Positions 1 through 12,957 of a DNA stretch of 64,000 nucleotides are shown one piece after another. Numbering within the stretch: the stretch's first letter is position 1; every line of letters starts with the position of its first letter. The notes under the pieces were generated by a model. The model saw only the letters and a program-made list of their open reading frames with translations, did not search any database and was not told where the DNA came from. Source of the stretch: Proteromonas lacertae (taxonomy: Eukaryota); NCBI GenBank assembly GCA_002245135.1, contig NGBS01000034.1, positions 1-64,000 of the forward strand, written 5' to 3'. Made by a program: the position numbers and the translations under genes.

Positions 1-1112
1 TACCTATAGGTCAAAACCTATATCTTTAGCTTGACCTTTACCTTCCTTATACTAACTATTAGTTGACCTCCTATTGAACATGAGTTAAGAAGCATAATCT
101 AACCATATATACAAAATTAATGTTTTATACATCATCTTTCAAATATCATATTTGACTGTCGGTCGATGCTCTTTTATATTACTATTATTTTGATCTATTT
201 CTCAATGATGACTCACAATTACATATAATTAAATAATATTAAATATATTTTAGAATAAAAAAATAAAAGAAAAAAAACATCAAGCTTGATGGTTTGACTT
301 TAATAAATCTTTATTTTTTAAGATTTAGATCATTTAAATGTATAATTACTCAATATTTATAAGACTTTATAATATATGAAACTATAGGGATATCACATTA
401 CCCCCTATCGCATCAAAAGAGTTGTGCATTTATTCAATTGCTGTATGTTAGAGAAGTAGCATTTTAACTACTTCAAAATGTTTTGGAATACGTGATTAAA
501 ATAAAATATTCAGATTATTACATATGGTAAAAGCCAAAGTCAATTCAGATTCTCTCAACCAAGATCTGTTTAAATTCATAACCTTCAATGCAGTCCAGTA
601 CCACAATATTAGACTCACCAGAATTTAGAAGGTTTTTCTTAAATTAGGATATATTATACCTCTAAGAGAGTTTTATAATGATTATTTATTGTCAGAAACT
701 GAGAAAGTAAGAGATTTATTGAAGACAAATCATTAATATCCAGAAATAGAGATTTATTATTATAATTACATTAATATTTGTTTTTTAGAGATAGTAATCA
801 ATATAAATTAATCATCAAAATAACAAGTTGTTTATAAATATGTTAAATATCACTATTGAGTAGTTTGTAGATGAATTTTAATATATTAGAATAGATATTT
901 ATACAATTTCAACTAATCTTATTCTAACTATGGAAACTAAAGTAAAACAGGAAACAAGAATAATCTTTATATAGTTGTATTAAACAAATGTTACTCAGTA
1001 TGTAATTAAAATAGATTTTAACAAATAATGCTCGAGGTTTGACCGACCGTCTGTCAAAGCTAGATTATAGGTTTTACCTATAACCTATAGGTTACCTATT
1101 TATACAACCCTG
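1..1112 (+). mobile_element. Non-autonomous hAT-like transposon remnant (copy 1)
   Basis: Ends in ...TATACAACCCTG (CAGGG-type terminus), has subterminal ACCTATAGG motifs, and holds a frameshifted copy of the transposase fragment at ~523-736. Confidence 0.6.
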
Positions 1113-1316
1113 TTACTTATGAGATAATTCAATAAATTAGTATTTTTCACAATACTTGTGGATTTACTGGACTAGTTTAAAAAAACAAATCATTACTTTA
1201 AAAAATATATAAAATCTCAAGCATTTATATCTGAGATATTTTTTAGATAAATATTTTCTTCTAATCTTCTACTTATTTTTAAATTTAGTATGTAATATTT
1301 TGATAGTAGGTAATTA
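1..1316. repeat. Left arm of a ~1.3 kb inverted repeat (partner 12958-14280); probably continues beyond the window start
   Basis: Reverse complement matches 12958-14280 almost base for base (position 1 pairs with 14280, 1112 with 13162, 1316 with 12958); differences are mostly single-base indels in homopolymers. Confidence 0.95.
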
Positions 1317-1600
1317 TGAAATGTAAGATATTGACTATGTTTGTATATATTCTCTGTTTGTATAAAGATGTCATTATTAAAAATAATCATTAATTATACA
1401 TATATTATGAATATAATACTAGTATAGTATAAAATATATGTTGATTATTAAATTGTTAATGATGGTTACTATAAGTATAATCTACATAATTAATTTTTGT
1501 TATAAAACAAATACTAAATCTTCTGTGAAATGTGTAGGATATAATTATAATAGAAACATGTATATATAAAAATATATATTACATAAAAGGAAAATGGATT

Positions 1601-2772
1601 ATGTCAAGTCTAAGAGGTAATGAATTAAAATGTGTTGCAATAGAAAGTAGAAGAATTAATAAATGTTTTAAGCCAGTTATTACAAAAGGCATTAAAAATT
1701 ATGACATATATATTAATGGATTATCAACATATTTCAGTTTATTCAATCCTGATAATATAGGGCATTTATTATGGGATGATTTATATTCAATGTATTTGTC
1801 ATTAATAAAATTAAATTATCCTATGCAACCATTCAATATTATTTTATCTAAGTCAAAAAGAAAATGGAGAAATGAGTATTATATGTCTATATATGAAAAA
1901 TTTTCAATGAAAAGAATTATATATGAAGAATACATGAATAATAAATCTTATCTAATACAAACGCTTATAGTTGGATTTGGTCATCAATGTCAAAGATGTA
2001 CTAATAAACACTATTCAATTCCAGGAGGAAAGGAGTATAATGCTACATGGTGGATGAGAAAAAGAATGTATTATGGTATATAATATATTTCAATGCAAAA
2101 TAGATTTGGTATTATAGTGGATAATAAAAGATATTCTAATGATGATAAACTCATGTTTGGAAGAATTATTAATCTCTACAATAGCAGATTAAAATTCAAT
2201 ACATAGATTGGAGAAGATATAAAAATTTTGAAGAACAACTAAAATTATTAAGTTGTACAAATATCTATATATCTGGACCTGGAACAGGATTATTAAATTT
2301 TCCTTTTATATCAGATCCTGGTATTATAATTAATTTGGGAGGATTATATAGAGGATGCCCATTTTTTATGGAGCAGTACATTGAAGAAGGATCTATGCAT
2401 TTTATATCTTTATACTATCCATCTAAAAAAAGAGTGTCTGGATTGAATGAAAATGAAATTATAAACTTAATAGATAAGGCTATATATATATTAGAAAAAT
2501 GGAATATCTACAAGTTATTACATAAAAGTAATTTAAATTTAGAAGGGAAAATATTTAAAATAATATCGCAAATGAATTCTTCACTTATGGATAGATTCTT
2601 GTCATTTACAGATTGGGCTAAGGGAGGTGCAGGTGTTTGGGCAGAGAAACTAATATATTTTCCCTACTGCTATAATTTCAATAGTATTGTTAATACAGTA
2701 TTAAACGTAACTTTGTCATTTATAAGTGAATTAGGATGTACAATTAATGTATCACATGAGTTATGCGATTAA
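1601..2772 (+). pseudogene. GT61-like glycosyltransferase, split by frameshifts
   Basis: NPDNIGHLLWDDLY in ORF 1601-2083. The bridging sequence reads FEEQLKLLSCTNIYISGPGTGLLNFPF in frame with ORF 2335-2772, matching the GT61/DUF563 Q...IGxHGAGLxN motif. Confidence 0.65.
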
Positions 2773-3192
2773 TAACATTGATTATGTTAATAAATTAGAA
2801 AAATAATGATTTATATGAAATATAGTTGGACTAGCCTATGATATTGTGGTGTATCTTCAAAAATTAATCTTAATCAAAATTATTTAAATGGTATAGATCT
2901 ATTTAAAATTACCTGGCATCTATTGGTATGATATACAACATACATGGAAAATTTTGCTATACACCAATCATAATTAATTAGCACACTTTCTTTCTACGAA
3001 TGTCAATCCATTTTCTTTATTAATTATATCAATCAATATCAAAAACCTATATACAAATACTGTCATTCAAAATATTATGTCATTTTTATTAACTGATATA
3101 TTTTCTATATATTGCTTTATAGCATATCTCATATACATTTTATATATAATTATATTATTAAATAATTATTTACTTATAAAATACATATATTA

Positions 3193-4137
3193 TTGGTATT
3201 TCCAGTAATAGGAAAAAGAGGACCAGCTAATCTTGCTAAATCATATATTAATACTATTAATATATTTAAAAATGATGAAACATTATCTAAAATATTTCTA
3301 TTTGATATAAAAAAGAATATATCTTTCGAATATTTCAAAGTTTTTTCTCAATTAAATAATAGAATTGTTTGGTTTTTACATCCTGATTTTTTTAATTTAA
3401 TAAAGAATATTAATTACTCCTACTTATTTCGGAATACTATATATGGACCTGTTGTTAGTCCTAAGAATTGGTTTAAATTTCCTATGAAAAACACATATGA
3501 AGTTGATTGGAGTAATTCTATAAACAAAATATTTGCATATGTTGTGCAATCTGATAGGATTAAGAATCATCTTATAAAACATTCAAAAAAAGAATAAAAT
3601 TGAAAGAAAGTATTTAGTTTCTCAAGGATGTTTATTATTCAATTTATCTAGTATTATATTAGAATGGGATGAGAGAAAATTTGACATACTAATATATGGA
3701 AAATTTGCTGATATTGATAAAGAAAAGAACTAAGAAGGTTATATAATATGTTAAAACATAATTATAGTATTGTTTTAATAAAATATGGAAGTCATACAAA
3801 AGATAATTTAATATATTATGCAAAGAATTGTAGAATTTTAATATACTATTCATTCTATGACTGTTGGCCATCATCTTTGATGGAAGTTGAAAATCTAGGT
3901 ACATATCCTATAGTTCAACAGTGTGAATTTATTGGTAAATATGGAAAATGTATTTCTAATTTTGTCTTACATGATAAGGAAATAATAGAATCAATATTTT
4001 ATATTATTAATCATAAATATGAATCTGTTAAAATATCAAATTATTATATTAATAGAAATAATTGTTTAAAAATCCTAAAAACAACTTTCCTAGATATATA
4101 CTATAGAAAAACAAATATACATATAAAAAATGAATAG
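3193..4137 (+). pseudogene. Putative GT-B fold (GT4-like) glycosyltransferase, split into two ORFs
   Basis: ORFs 3193-3597 and 3748-4137 are linked by coding-like sequence; SFYDCWPSSLMEVENLG resembles the GT4 S..E.....EA...G motif; hydrophobic segment upstream. Confidence 0.45.
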
Positions 4138-5018
4138 TAAGGTTTTTAATATAGGAAAGTTTCTTTGGTATATACTCCCATAAAAAATCTTAAAAGCTGA
4201 ATTACAAATACTGGTTCTTGTTTTCATCATTTTTATAATTATTTATATATCACATACTAATAGCAAAAAGTTTTGTTATATATATAGCAATGTCTGTGTT
4301 AATCTTAAAGCTAGGTCGCACATAATAATATATTCAATTATTACAAAAAGTATAGTTCATGATGAACTAAATTATCATATTAATTTCATATAAAAATATA
4401 ATATTAAAAACCATTTTTACATTGCATTAGATAAATAATCATTTTCATTTATGAAGAATTATACTTCACATTTATTTATTTTCATAGTCAATATAGGCAA
4501 CTGTAATGGTATAGATTTTGGTTCAAAAAATTATGGTAAGAATCCTTTATTTAAGAATCCTTTATCACAAATGCTTAGTTAAAAAGAAGATCTAATAATA
4601 TCATTAGATGGTAAGAATAATGTTAATACAGGTCTTTAGTATATATTGTAGATAATAATGATATAGCTATTTAAAATATAACAAAAGATCATTATACTTC
4701 ATAGAAAGTGTAATAAATTTAAATTATAGCTATTTTAAAATGTAACAGGAGAACAAAAGTATTGGAATGCTGCATTAAAAAATAATACTATAATATCGGG
4801 AAAAGACATTTCTTTGACGATATTAATAGTATTATTAATACTATTAATTATTAATTATATAGTTGGAATTGATTCAAAAATATATAGAGAAAAAGAAATG
4901 CTGTTTTATAATGTGGATATTGGAGAGTATTATTCCTCATTATATGCTAACTATTTTACATTTATAATTAAATGATGTTTTATCATAATTTTATGAATTA
5001 ATAATTCAATCTTTATTT

Positions 5019-6152
5019 ATGAATTTTATAGTGATAATTCACATAATTATCATATTATCAATGATTAATTATTACTATAATATATGCATTGAAATTAAAA
5101 CGGTACATCTAACTAATAAAATGAATGATTATATGATTATATCTCCTTCTATCCTTATATATAATAAATCGTTAGGAAGAATGAATTTTAACTGTCTAAA
5201 GAACAATAAATATTTATTCTATCATAGTAACAGAAAGAGTAGTAATATAGGTGTTGCAATTATGCCATTCTTGTTGTGGTATCCAAAGAATATATTGAAA
5301 AGAGCATTTTTGCATGCATTAAACTTAGTAAGAACAATGTGTATAAGTAATAAATCTATGATTGTCTATGCTATACTGACTATTGACATTAATATATCAT
5401 ATTTATTTAATGATCAAGATTATATTGAAAAACAAAATTGTAGTAAGTATAACTTATGTTATGATTTTTTATCTTTAGACTTCAATTATTTGCTATTTAA
5501 TGTTAAAGGATATAGATCAAAATGTTCATTATTGTATGGCAATATTGAACAAAATATATTTGCTTCTGAATTTGTAAAAAGGACTATATTCACTCCTCAT
5601 AATGAATGTATATTTTCTGGAAGATATGCTTCAGCAGTTAATCTATACCCTGTAATACCTTTCATTCTAAAAATATTCGACTATTTTGATTATGTAATAA
5701 AATATGACATTGATAACAAGGTTAGTAATATATCAATAGATTCAGTATTTTATTCTGTATTAAAACATAAATACGAATTAGCAGGATGCAATATTGTCAA
5801 TGATAATAAAATATTAAGCACAAATATACATAAAATGATATTCCTATATTTAGCTAATCTATCAAACAAATGCAACGAATCTATATTTGGAAAAGGTTTT
5901 AGTAAAGAAATAATTTGGAATGAAAATGTTGTACTTCATGGTAGAATTACATTTTCATGGCTTGGCTTATATAATTCTCCAGAAATTAGAGATTTTTTAA
6001 AACACTATATATCGTTTAAAGAAGGAATATACAAATACAGATGGGGAGATCAACAATTCTATTTAAATTCTTTACTACTTTTTTCAGATAGAAACAAATT
6101 AGGAATATTAAATACAAATCTATGCAAAACGCACAACATAACAATGTTTTAG
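5019..6152 (+). CDS. GT15 (KRE2/MNT1)-like glycosyltransferase, type II membrane protein
   Basis: N-terminal TM segment, DxD (YDID), C-terminal GIYKYRWGDQ resembling GT15 GFYYERWGDA. Confidence 0.65.
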   Translation: MNFIVIIHIIIILSMINYYYNICIEIKTVHLTNKMNDYMIISPSILIYNKSLGRMNFNCLKNNKYLFYHSNRKSSNIGVAIMPFLLWYPKNILKRAFLHALNLVRTMCISNKSMIVYAILTIDINISYLFNDQDYIEKQNCSKYNLCYDFLSLDFNYLLFNVKGYRSKCSLLYGNIEQNIFASEFVKRTIFTPHNECIFSGRYASAVNLYPVIPFILKIFDYFDYVIKYDIDNKVSNISIDSVFYSVLKHKYELAGCNIVNDNKILSTNIHKMIFLYLANLSNKCNESIFGKGFSKEIIWNENVVLHGRITFSWLGLYNSPEIRDFLKHYISFKEGIYKYRWGDQQFYLNSLLLFSDRNKLGILNTNLCKTHNITMF

Positions 6153-6434
6153 CTGATATATATCTAAATATATTTGCAGTTATCACAAGCTAATTTTATT
6201 TATACAATTAGTACATATTTCCATAAAATTTGACAAAAATCATTCTACATTATATTAATAACAATTATAATATCTCATACATATATATTTCTTTATTTAT
6301 TAATTTTATTATATTTCAGCTTATATTTATCAAACAATCTTACCAAATATAAAAACAATATATATAGCTATATTTTTGTCACTTCATATTTTAAAAATCC
6401 TACAACAATAGAACATACACATGATGATTATGTA

Positions 6435-7166
6435 ATGTGGAAAAATTATTTCTTCCAAATAATAAACACTTCACTAATTATATTTACTGATTATAGTAAG
6501 GAAGCAGAAGAATTAATAAAAGGGCATAGTTATATTTCTGCATATAAATTTAACTCTATATGGGATTTACCTTGCTATAATATAAATACAAAAAAGCAAT
6601 ACGAAGATATTATGAAACATGATCCATATAAGAAAGTACATAATTCTTTTCTATATGCTATTTACAATGCAAAAATGTGGTTTCTCAATAAAGTTACTGA
6701 ATTATATAACAGTAGTTTATATATTTGGATTGATATAGGTTGCATAAGATCTGAATTAAAGTTTTACAACTTTCCAGATAAACATACAATTACATATTTA
6801 GCAAATCTGAATTCTATGTTCTTTTTTGTTATTAATACTATACATATATCTAATATTAGTTTATCTAATATGCTATGTAAAAGAATGATCGAAGGAGGTA
6901 GTTATGGAGGAAATAGGGAAAATATTCAACAATTTAATAAAGAATATTGGACAATTCATAATAAATTTGTTAAATTAAATAGTTGTATATATGATGATCA
7001 AAATTTACTGCTCACCACTATAATTAAATATAAACATGTGAAACTATTTAATGTTGCTAATAGAAACTTATGCACAAAACAATTATGGTTGAAGTTCATT
7101 TGTTTATATGCAAATTTTAGTAAATGGAGAATTGAAAATGAACATATAGATAAGTATATTATTTAG
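6435..7166 (+). CDS. HtrL/YibB-like protein (putative glycosyltransferase); frame is open further upstream
   Basis: KMWFL, YIWIDIG, GGSYGG and DDQ motifs; upstream in-frame FVTSYF. Confidence 0.65.
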   Translation: MWKNYFFQIINTSLIIFTDYSKEAEELIKGHSYISAYKFNSIWDLPCYNINTKKQYEDIMKHDPYKKVHNSFLYAIYNAKMWFLNKVTELYNSSLYIWIDIGCIRSELKFYNFPDKHTITYLANLNSMFFFVINTIHISNISLSNMLCKRMIEGGSYGGNRENIQQFNKEYWTIHNKFVKLNSCIYDDQNLLLTTIIKYKHVKLFNVANRNLCTKQLWLKFICLYANFSKWRIENEHIDKYII

Positions 7167-7169
7167 TAT

Positions 7170-8276
7170 ATGTTTATTGTATATATAACAAAGCTGTTAT
7201 TTATAATTAGTGTGTATATGCTTATTAACTATTTTATATTAATATCAACCACATACATTAAAGTCCTCAAAATAATGAAAGTTAATAATGATTTATTTGT
7301 CTTTTCCTATTATTATGATGATAGGTATAAATCCATTAGATTATTAATTTTAAAAAAATCAAATTTAATACTAAAAAATATATCATGCTGGATTAGAATT
7401 GATAATATATTATACAAAATCAGTAAGATTGGTATTAACCAAAATGACAAATATGGAAAGAATGAAATAATACCTGAATTAGATTATTGTAATATTCTGA
7501 TATATTTAAATGTTAGAAGAACACTTTATAACAAAATACAGAGCATTAAAATAGAAAATTATACCATATCTATAACTCCTACATTTGTTGCATTCAGTAA
7601 TATTGATTCTAATATAATAATTTGTTTAACTACTTTTATTAATATAAAAGATGAGAGAAAAATATTAAGAGTTATTAGAAAAGCAATTGAATTAAAAGTA
7701 AAGAGAATATTTATTTATTATAGCAGCAGTTCTAATGATGTATTTGAAATACTTAAAAAATATATTATAATTAATTTCATAGAATTAATAATTCTAAAAG
7801 ATCATTATATATTGGATAAAGCAGGATATCATGGACAAATAATTAAACATAATGATTGTCTGTATAGAAATATGAATAAATATCAGTTCATTATTTTCAA
7901 TGATTTAGATGAACAAATCGTTCCTTCAAGCAAATACAACTCAATATTAGATATGTTATATGGTATAGATAAATATAAAAGTGATATATATTATTTTAAG
8001 CAAATATTATTTCCTTTATACACATATAAAATGAATGAAAGTTTTAATTATTGTGTAATTGATAATTATTATAACAAAAAATATATAATAAATAATCCTA
8101 TGAAATTTTTAAAATTATCAATTCATTACTATTTAGATGCTTATAAAATAATTAAAGAAAAATATGTAAATTTAAAATTCGGATGTTTTATGCATTATAG
8201 AATACCTACAACAAGAATAATGAAATACTGCAATAGAAATAAAAAGTTATCAAACTATTCTTCATATAGATTTTAA
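7170..8276 (+). CDS. GT92/DUF23 glycosyltransferase
   Basis: N-terminal TM segment; GQIIKHNDCLYRN and FNDLDEQIVP motifs; C-terminal HYR. Confidence 0.8.
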   Translation: MFIVYITKLLFIISVYMLINYFILISTTYIKVLKIMKVNNDLFVFSYYYDDRYKSIRLLILKKSNLILKNISCWIRIDNILYKISKIGINQNDKYGKNEIIPELDYCNILIYLNVRRTLYNKIQSIKIENYTISITPTFVAFSNIDSNIIICLTTFINIKDERKILRVIRKAIELKVKRIFIYYSSSSNDVFEILKKYIIINFIELIILKDHYILDKAGYHGQIIKHNDCLYRNMNKYQFIIFNDLDEQIVPSSKYNSILDMLYGIDKYKSDIYYFKQILFPLYTYKMNESFNYCVIDNYYNKKYIINNPMKFLKLSIHYYLDAYKIIKEKYVNLKFGCFMHYRIPTTRIMKYCNRNKKLSNYSSYRF

Positions 8277-8300
8277 TGAATTATTAATATTTTATTCATC

Positions 8301-9046
8301 ATGTATATTTGTGTATATTGTTATTATTCTTTTATTTTCCTATTTTTTTCTTTATTGTGGTGTTTAATAACTGATTACTCCTCATCCAATATTTATGTTA
8401 TAGTGTCGTCTTGTAGAAGAGACAGTTCATTTCACTTGAACAATTCCTACATATCTTTCAAAGTAGTTTTTCGTAAGTGTAACAGATCAACTAATCATCT
8501 AGACTCTTATGAAGCTGGATTAATGTTAGATTTTATTATTCAAAATTATAATAAAAATTGTAAAAATAAATACATATTTATTCATGACCATGAAAAATCA
8601 TGGCATTATCCTGTTAGTATTTATAAACGATTAAAATATTTAAATGAAATGAAATACATAACAAATATAAAATTTGGAGGATTATACTGTATTTATTTAC
8701 AATTCGGATCTAAACATAATTATGAGTTATTGTTTAATAGGACTTATGAAATTGACAAATATATGAGAATTAATGGATTTATAAATATATCAATGTTACA
8801 ACTATATCAAAATAATAAATATTTCCGTGTTGTTCGACAATTATTGTAGATAATAGCAGAATTGTTCAACATACAAAGCCATTTTATGTAAATATAAGAA
8901 GAGGATTAAAACAATATGTACTGAATGGAAATAACAAATTATCAGGCAATTATATGGAATATATGTGGAGTATCATATTTGGGATTGTAAATATATCATA
9001 TCCTCCTGACTGCGTTTATAACATTAAAAAATTAATACATAATTGA
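8301..9046 (+). pseudogene. DUF3431-like protein, frameshifted near 8815
   Basis: EAGLMLDFIIQNY...IFIHDHEKSWH; alternate frame continues FPCCSTIIV...PFY...MEYMWSIIFG to TGA at 9044-9046. Confidence 0.65.
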
Positions 9047-9377
9047 AATATTAATTGAAGGATATAATCACAAGCTGTTGTTTAATGCTAAGTATTGGAG
9101 TTTAAGTATATAAACTTCAAAATATAAATATGATCCTTAATTTATAACCTATATTATTAAAGTATTTATACTATAAATGTTTGATAATATTTGTATTGCT
9201 TAATAAAAAGCACAAGTAATATACAAAATGGTATATAAATATTATGAAATATAGTATAATTTAAAAGTCATACACTCTAGTTATATAACTTATAATTTAT
9301 TATTCTTATTTGTTTTAATTATTAATATCTTCTACTTTCATAGTGATAGAATTAATCAAGATATATGGAAAGATTTT

Positions 9378-10256
9378 TTGATAATTAATCATAACAAAAA
9401 TAAGTCGAGAATATTTTTCTATCCTTATATTGGATGTGGTTTTGCCAACAAAATTCCTACATTAAGTAGTAGTATTCTTTTATCAATTGTTTCTAACCAT
9501 CCTTTGTACATAGTTGGATGGAATGATTTATTGTATTATTATAAACTTCCTAAAAAATTATTTTTAGAATATATAAATAATTATCATCTAAAAGTATTCA
9601 ATAAGGATAATATATTTGTTTTAAATGAATTACGAAAAGGAATTTCAATAAAAATTTATAGATACCATAGCTATACATCAACTATACTACTATTTTATAA
9701 TTTGACTATGAATATTATTATTGGTTATAGAAAATATAAACACATATATAATAATTTAGACTCATTTCTTCAGTTTGTATTTTTAATTCCAACATCTACA
9801 ATATCTAATTACATTCAAAAGTTTAAAAGTTTAAAAAGAAGAACTTTTGTAGTAGGAATACACATCAGAACAGGTTATTTATCTGATTTTGGAGAAAATG
9901 ATAAAAGGTTTTTTAATAATCAAAGTTTAAATGTTTATATACAATCAATATCTAATTATATAGACAAAAATAAGAAGAATGAATGTAAATTATTCATAAT
10001 TTCAGATTCATCCATAATAAAGAACATTATCGCCAAGACTTTTCAACACTACCTTTTTAACTTTACAATTCCTGGCAAAATTTGTCATGCAAGGTATGCT
10101 ATGCATAACAATCATAAATTAAATAAATGTGTAATTAAGTTTATAGCTGAAAATTATATACTCTCTGAATGTAATGTTCTGATCGGCAGTAGAAAAAGTA
10201 CATACTTTGGGATTGCTTGTAATAGAAGAAATATTAAATGCATTTCAGTAATGTAA
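9378..10256 (+). CDS. Alpha-1,2/1,6-type fucosyltransferase (GT11/GT23/GT37 superfamily)
   Basis: GFANK, VGIHIRTG, FIISDS and ENYILSECNVLIGSRKSTY motifs; true start probably upstream (hydrophobic stretch near 9290-9330). Confidence 0.75.
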   Translation: MIINHNKNKSRIFFYPYIGCGFANKIPTLSSSILLSIVSNHPLYIVGWNDLLYYYKLPKKLFLEYINNYHLKVFNKDNIFVLNELRKGISIKIYRYHSYTSTILLFYNLTMNIIIGYRKYKHIYNNLDSFLQFVFLIPTSTISNYIQKFKSLKRRTFVVGIHIRTGYLSDFGENDKRFFNNQSLNVYIQSISNYIDKNKKNECKLFIISDSSIIKNIIAKTFQHYLFNFTIPGKICHARYAMHNNHKLNKCVIKFIAENYILSECNVLIGSRKSTYFGIACNRRNIKCISVM

Positions 10257-10355
10257 TTAACCTTATATTTCATCAAAAAGTATTACATTACTGATGGATT
10301 AATTATATTATCAAAATGATTGGGTTGTCTAAAATAGATTGTGTATTAATGTAAA

Positions 10356-10931
10356 GTATATTCTTACTTGTCTTGATGAAAAAGTGTTACTTTTATACTT
10401 ACTTTGTTATATGACCTACCTCTACAGTATACATTTTTGTTAATATAAATAGTTTGAATATTTGTGAGTTTGTTTTCTAGAAATTTTTGAAGCAAACTAA
10501 ATGCATATTTAGCTAATATAGACTAAAATATATTAGCTGAAATGATTAGAATGTAATTATTATTAAATCTTTCTATATAAAAAAAGAAATGTAAAAAATA
10601 GGCTTGAGTGAGGGTTGATTCTATATTATCTTTTTTCATTTTAAATGTCTTATGATCAACATTAAGTTGTTCTAATCATTTCAGCTAATATATTTTAGTC
10701 TATATTAGCTAAATATGCATTTAGTTTGCTTCAAAAATTTCTAGAAAACAAATGGCGCAAATATTCAAACTATTTATATTAACAAAAAAGTATAGTGCAG
10801 AGGTAGGTCATATAACAAAGTAAGTAATAAAAGTAACAATTTTTCATCAAGACAAGTAAGAACATACATTTAGTTTGTTTTAAAAGTGTCTGGTAGACAA
10901 ATGGCCGACTATGACAAAAGGAGCAGCACAA
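10356..10931. mobile_element. Foldback MITE family copy, left end truncated and right terminus degenerate
   Basis: Same arms and central spacer (AGGCTTGAGTGAGGGTTGATTC) as the copies at 47990 and 52249. Confidence 0.85.
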
Positions 10932-11409
10932 TAAGTATTATTTATGTTTAATATGTCTTTCTTCCTAGAAATAATACACCATTTGTTATTTGAGGTAGTT
11001 TATATATAGATATCTACCTCTGGAAATTACCAAATTATCATGTAAGAATTTGAAAATCTCTGAGTATATATTACCACTCATGTGAATTAATCTTCTGAAA
11101 TTCTCTCCTTTTTTCTATAATAAATCATTAGACCACTTTTCCCTTATAATTGTATTAATAATTGGAAAGTATAAAAAAACTATAAAAACTCATAAACTGT
11201 TGGTTAAAAACACAAAATATATCAGCTAATAGTGGTTATTATCGAAGCTCATTTTAGATTTATACAACTCTGATAATTAGATAATTTCTGAATATTAATT
11301 ACTTTCCTTCATATACAACTTACATAAAATATATTATCATTCATTAAACAATAAAGATGAAAAGTTAAAAGATTTTGAGAAGATTCAAATGAATGATTTA
11401 AATATATTA

Positions 11410-12042
11410 AAATCCTATTATTTTTATTGTTTAAAGATAGGCTATACGCAACTTATTATTCAATCAACTACTGGTTAAAAATGAAAAGAAGCTAGTTTTA
11501 GAAATTGTCATATTGGATCATTTTTCTTCCTTCATCCCTTTATTAAGGTATTATGAATTGTTAAGTAGTTTACATAACATCAAGATTCATTATCTAAAAG
11601 AGAAAAATTGGAAATTAGCAGTTGAGAAAGAAATTCCTAGTGTAATAAATATATTTTTGATTTTTATGCAACAATATTGGTAAATTGTGATGTAAATGTA
11701 ATTGGCCCATCATTAATGGTAAATGATATATCCACAAATTTTCCTGACTATAAGAAAGTATACAGATTTGAAACAAGATATATAAAATCAAATCATTATG
11801 ATATAGACACTATATTCGGTATGAGAAAAAGAAAAACAAGATTTGTAAGACATAGTAAAAAGGCTTTTAGATCTTTAGCTCCTTATATAGCTCATCATAT
11901 TGATTGGTATATTTCATATAATGATATACCCATTTCATTTTTATATTATGTAAATCATACTAATTCAATTAATCATTCAGGATCAGCTTTTAATTTTTCC
12001 AATTCATTAAAACAACCATATATATACAGTATTTTTCAATAA
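11410..12042 (+). pseudogene. Degenerate GT-A/GT2-like glycosyltransferase
   Basis: Frameshifted fragments PIIFIV-KDRL, EIVILDHFSSFIPLLRYY, then DIDTIF...APYIAHHIDWY. Confidence 0.45.
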
Positions 12043-12957
12043 CAATTAAATCCTTCTAACTCAACTTTGCTTTTTATAATATTTGTAATTGAAATAGGGT
12101 TTAGAATATGTTGAAATTTTTTTAGAAATGTGTGATAATGAAAAATTGTTTTGGGACTATAATATAATAATTAGTGTTATTTCCATAATATAAACGATGC
12201 AAAAATGATTATACCAATGAAAAATACAACATAATGAATGATGCAAAATTTGTTACGATTGGATTAAAAGATTTTACAAAATCATTTATAGAAATAGCTA
12301 ATATAGATATAAGAGATAAAGTAAAATATGACTTAGCTTTTAAAAATAATGTTTTAATGTATTATAACAACTTTGAAATTTAGGTAATTTGTATTTATTT
12401 ATTTATTTCATTACGATATATTAGTTTATCTCTGTTTGCTAATAACAAAACCATAATCAAATTACCTAAATATGTTAAGTATTGTCATAAGACAATATGC
12501 AACAGCTAAATATGTTAAGTAGATTCATTATATATTTTAACGAATTCATACAAATTTCAGAATATCCAATATCTTGTTCAATAATCCAAATGAATTTATA
12601 TTTACTTTTTATTATTGAATAGAATAATACTATAGATTCAGAATGTGATATCCATGAAAGCAGTTCAGAATGTGATATACATTTCCTATTAAGCGAGTAA
12701 TATTAGGAAATGTATATATAATTTCTTTGAAATATACAACTATATTAACAATTCCCGAATTATTCAGTAATGATGTATTTAATTTGTTCATGGATAAAAT
12801 ATAGAAATTATAATCGACGGGAAAATTGCTTTTCCATTTTAAATATCTTTTAATTTGGCTCGATGTTGCACACCGAGCCGTATGACTCTGGCTACAGGCA
12901 CACCGAACCAAACTTTTTAAAAATACGTGACCTATGTCATATTAGGTCATAATTTAT

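Noticed and set aside
4140..5000. Possible additional gene within the GT cluster
   Set aside because: No ORF of 60 aa or more and no recognisable motif
12630..12911. 93 aa minus-strand ORF and short repeats (TTCAGAATGTGATAT twice, GCACACCGA twice)
   Set aside because: Possibly a TE end, but no partner terminus or protein motif was found in the window
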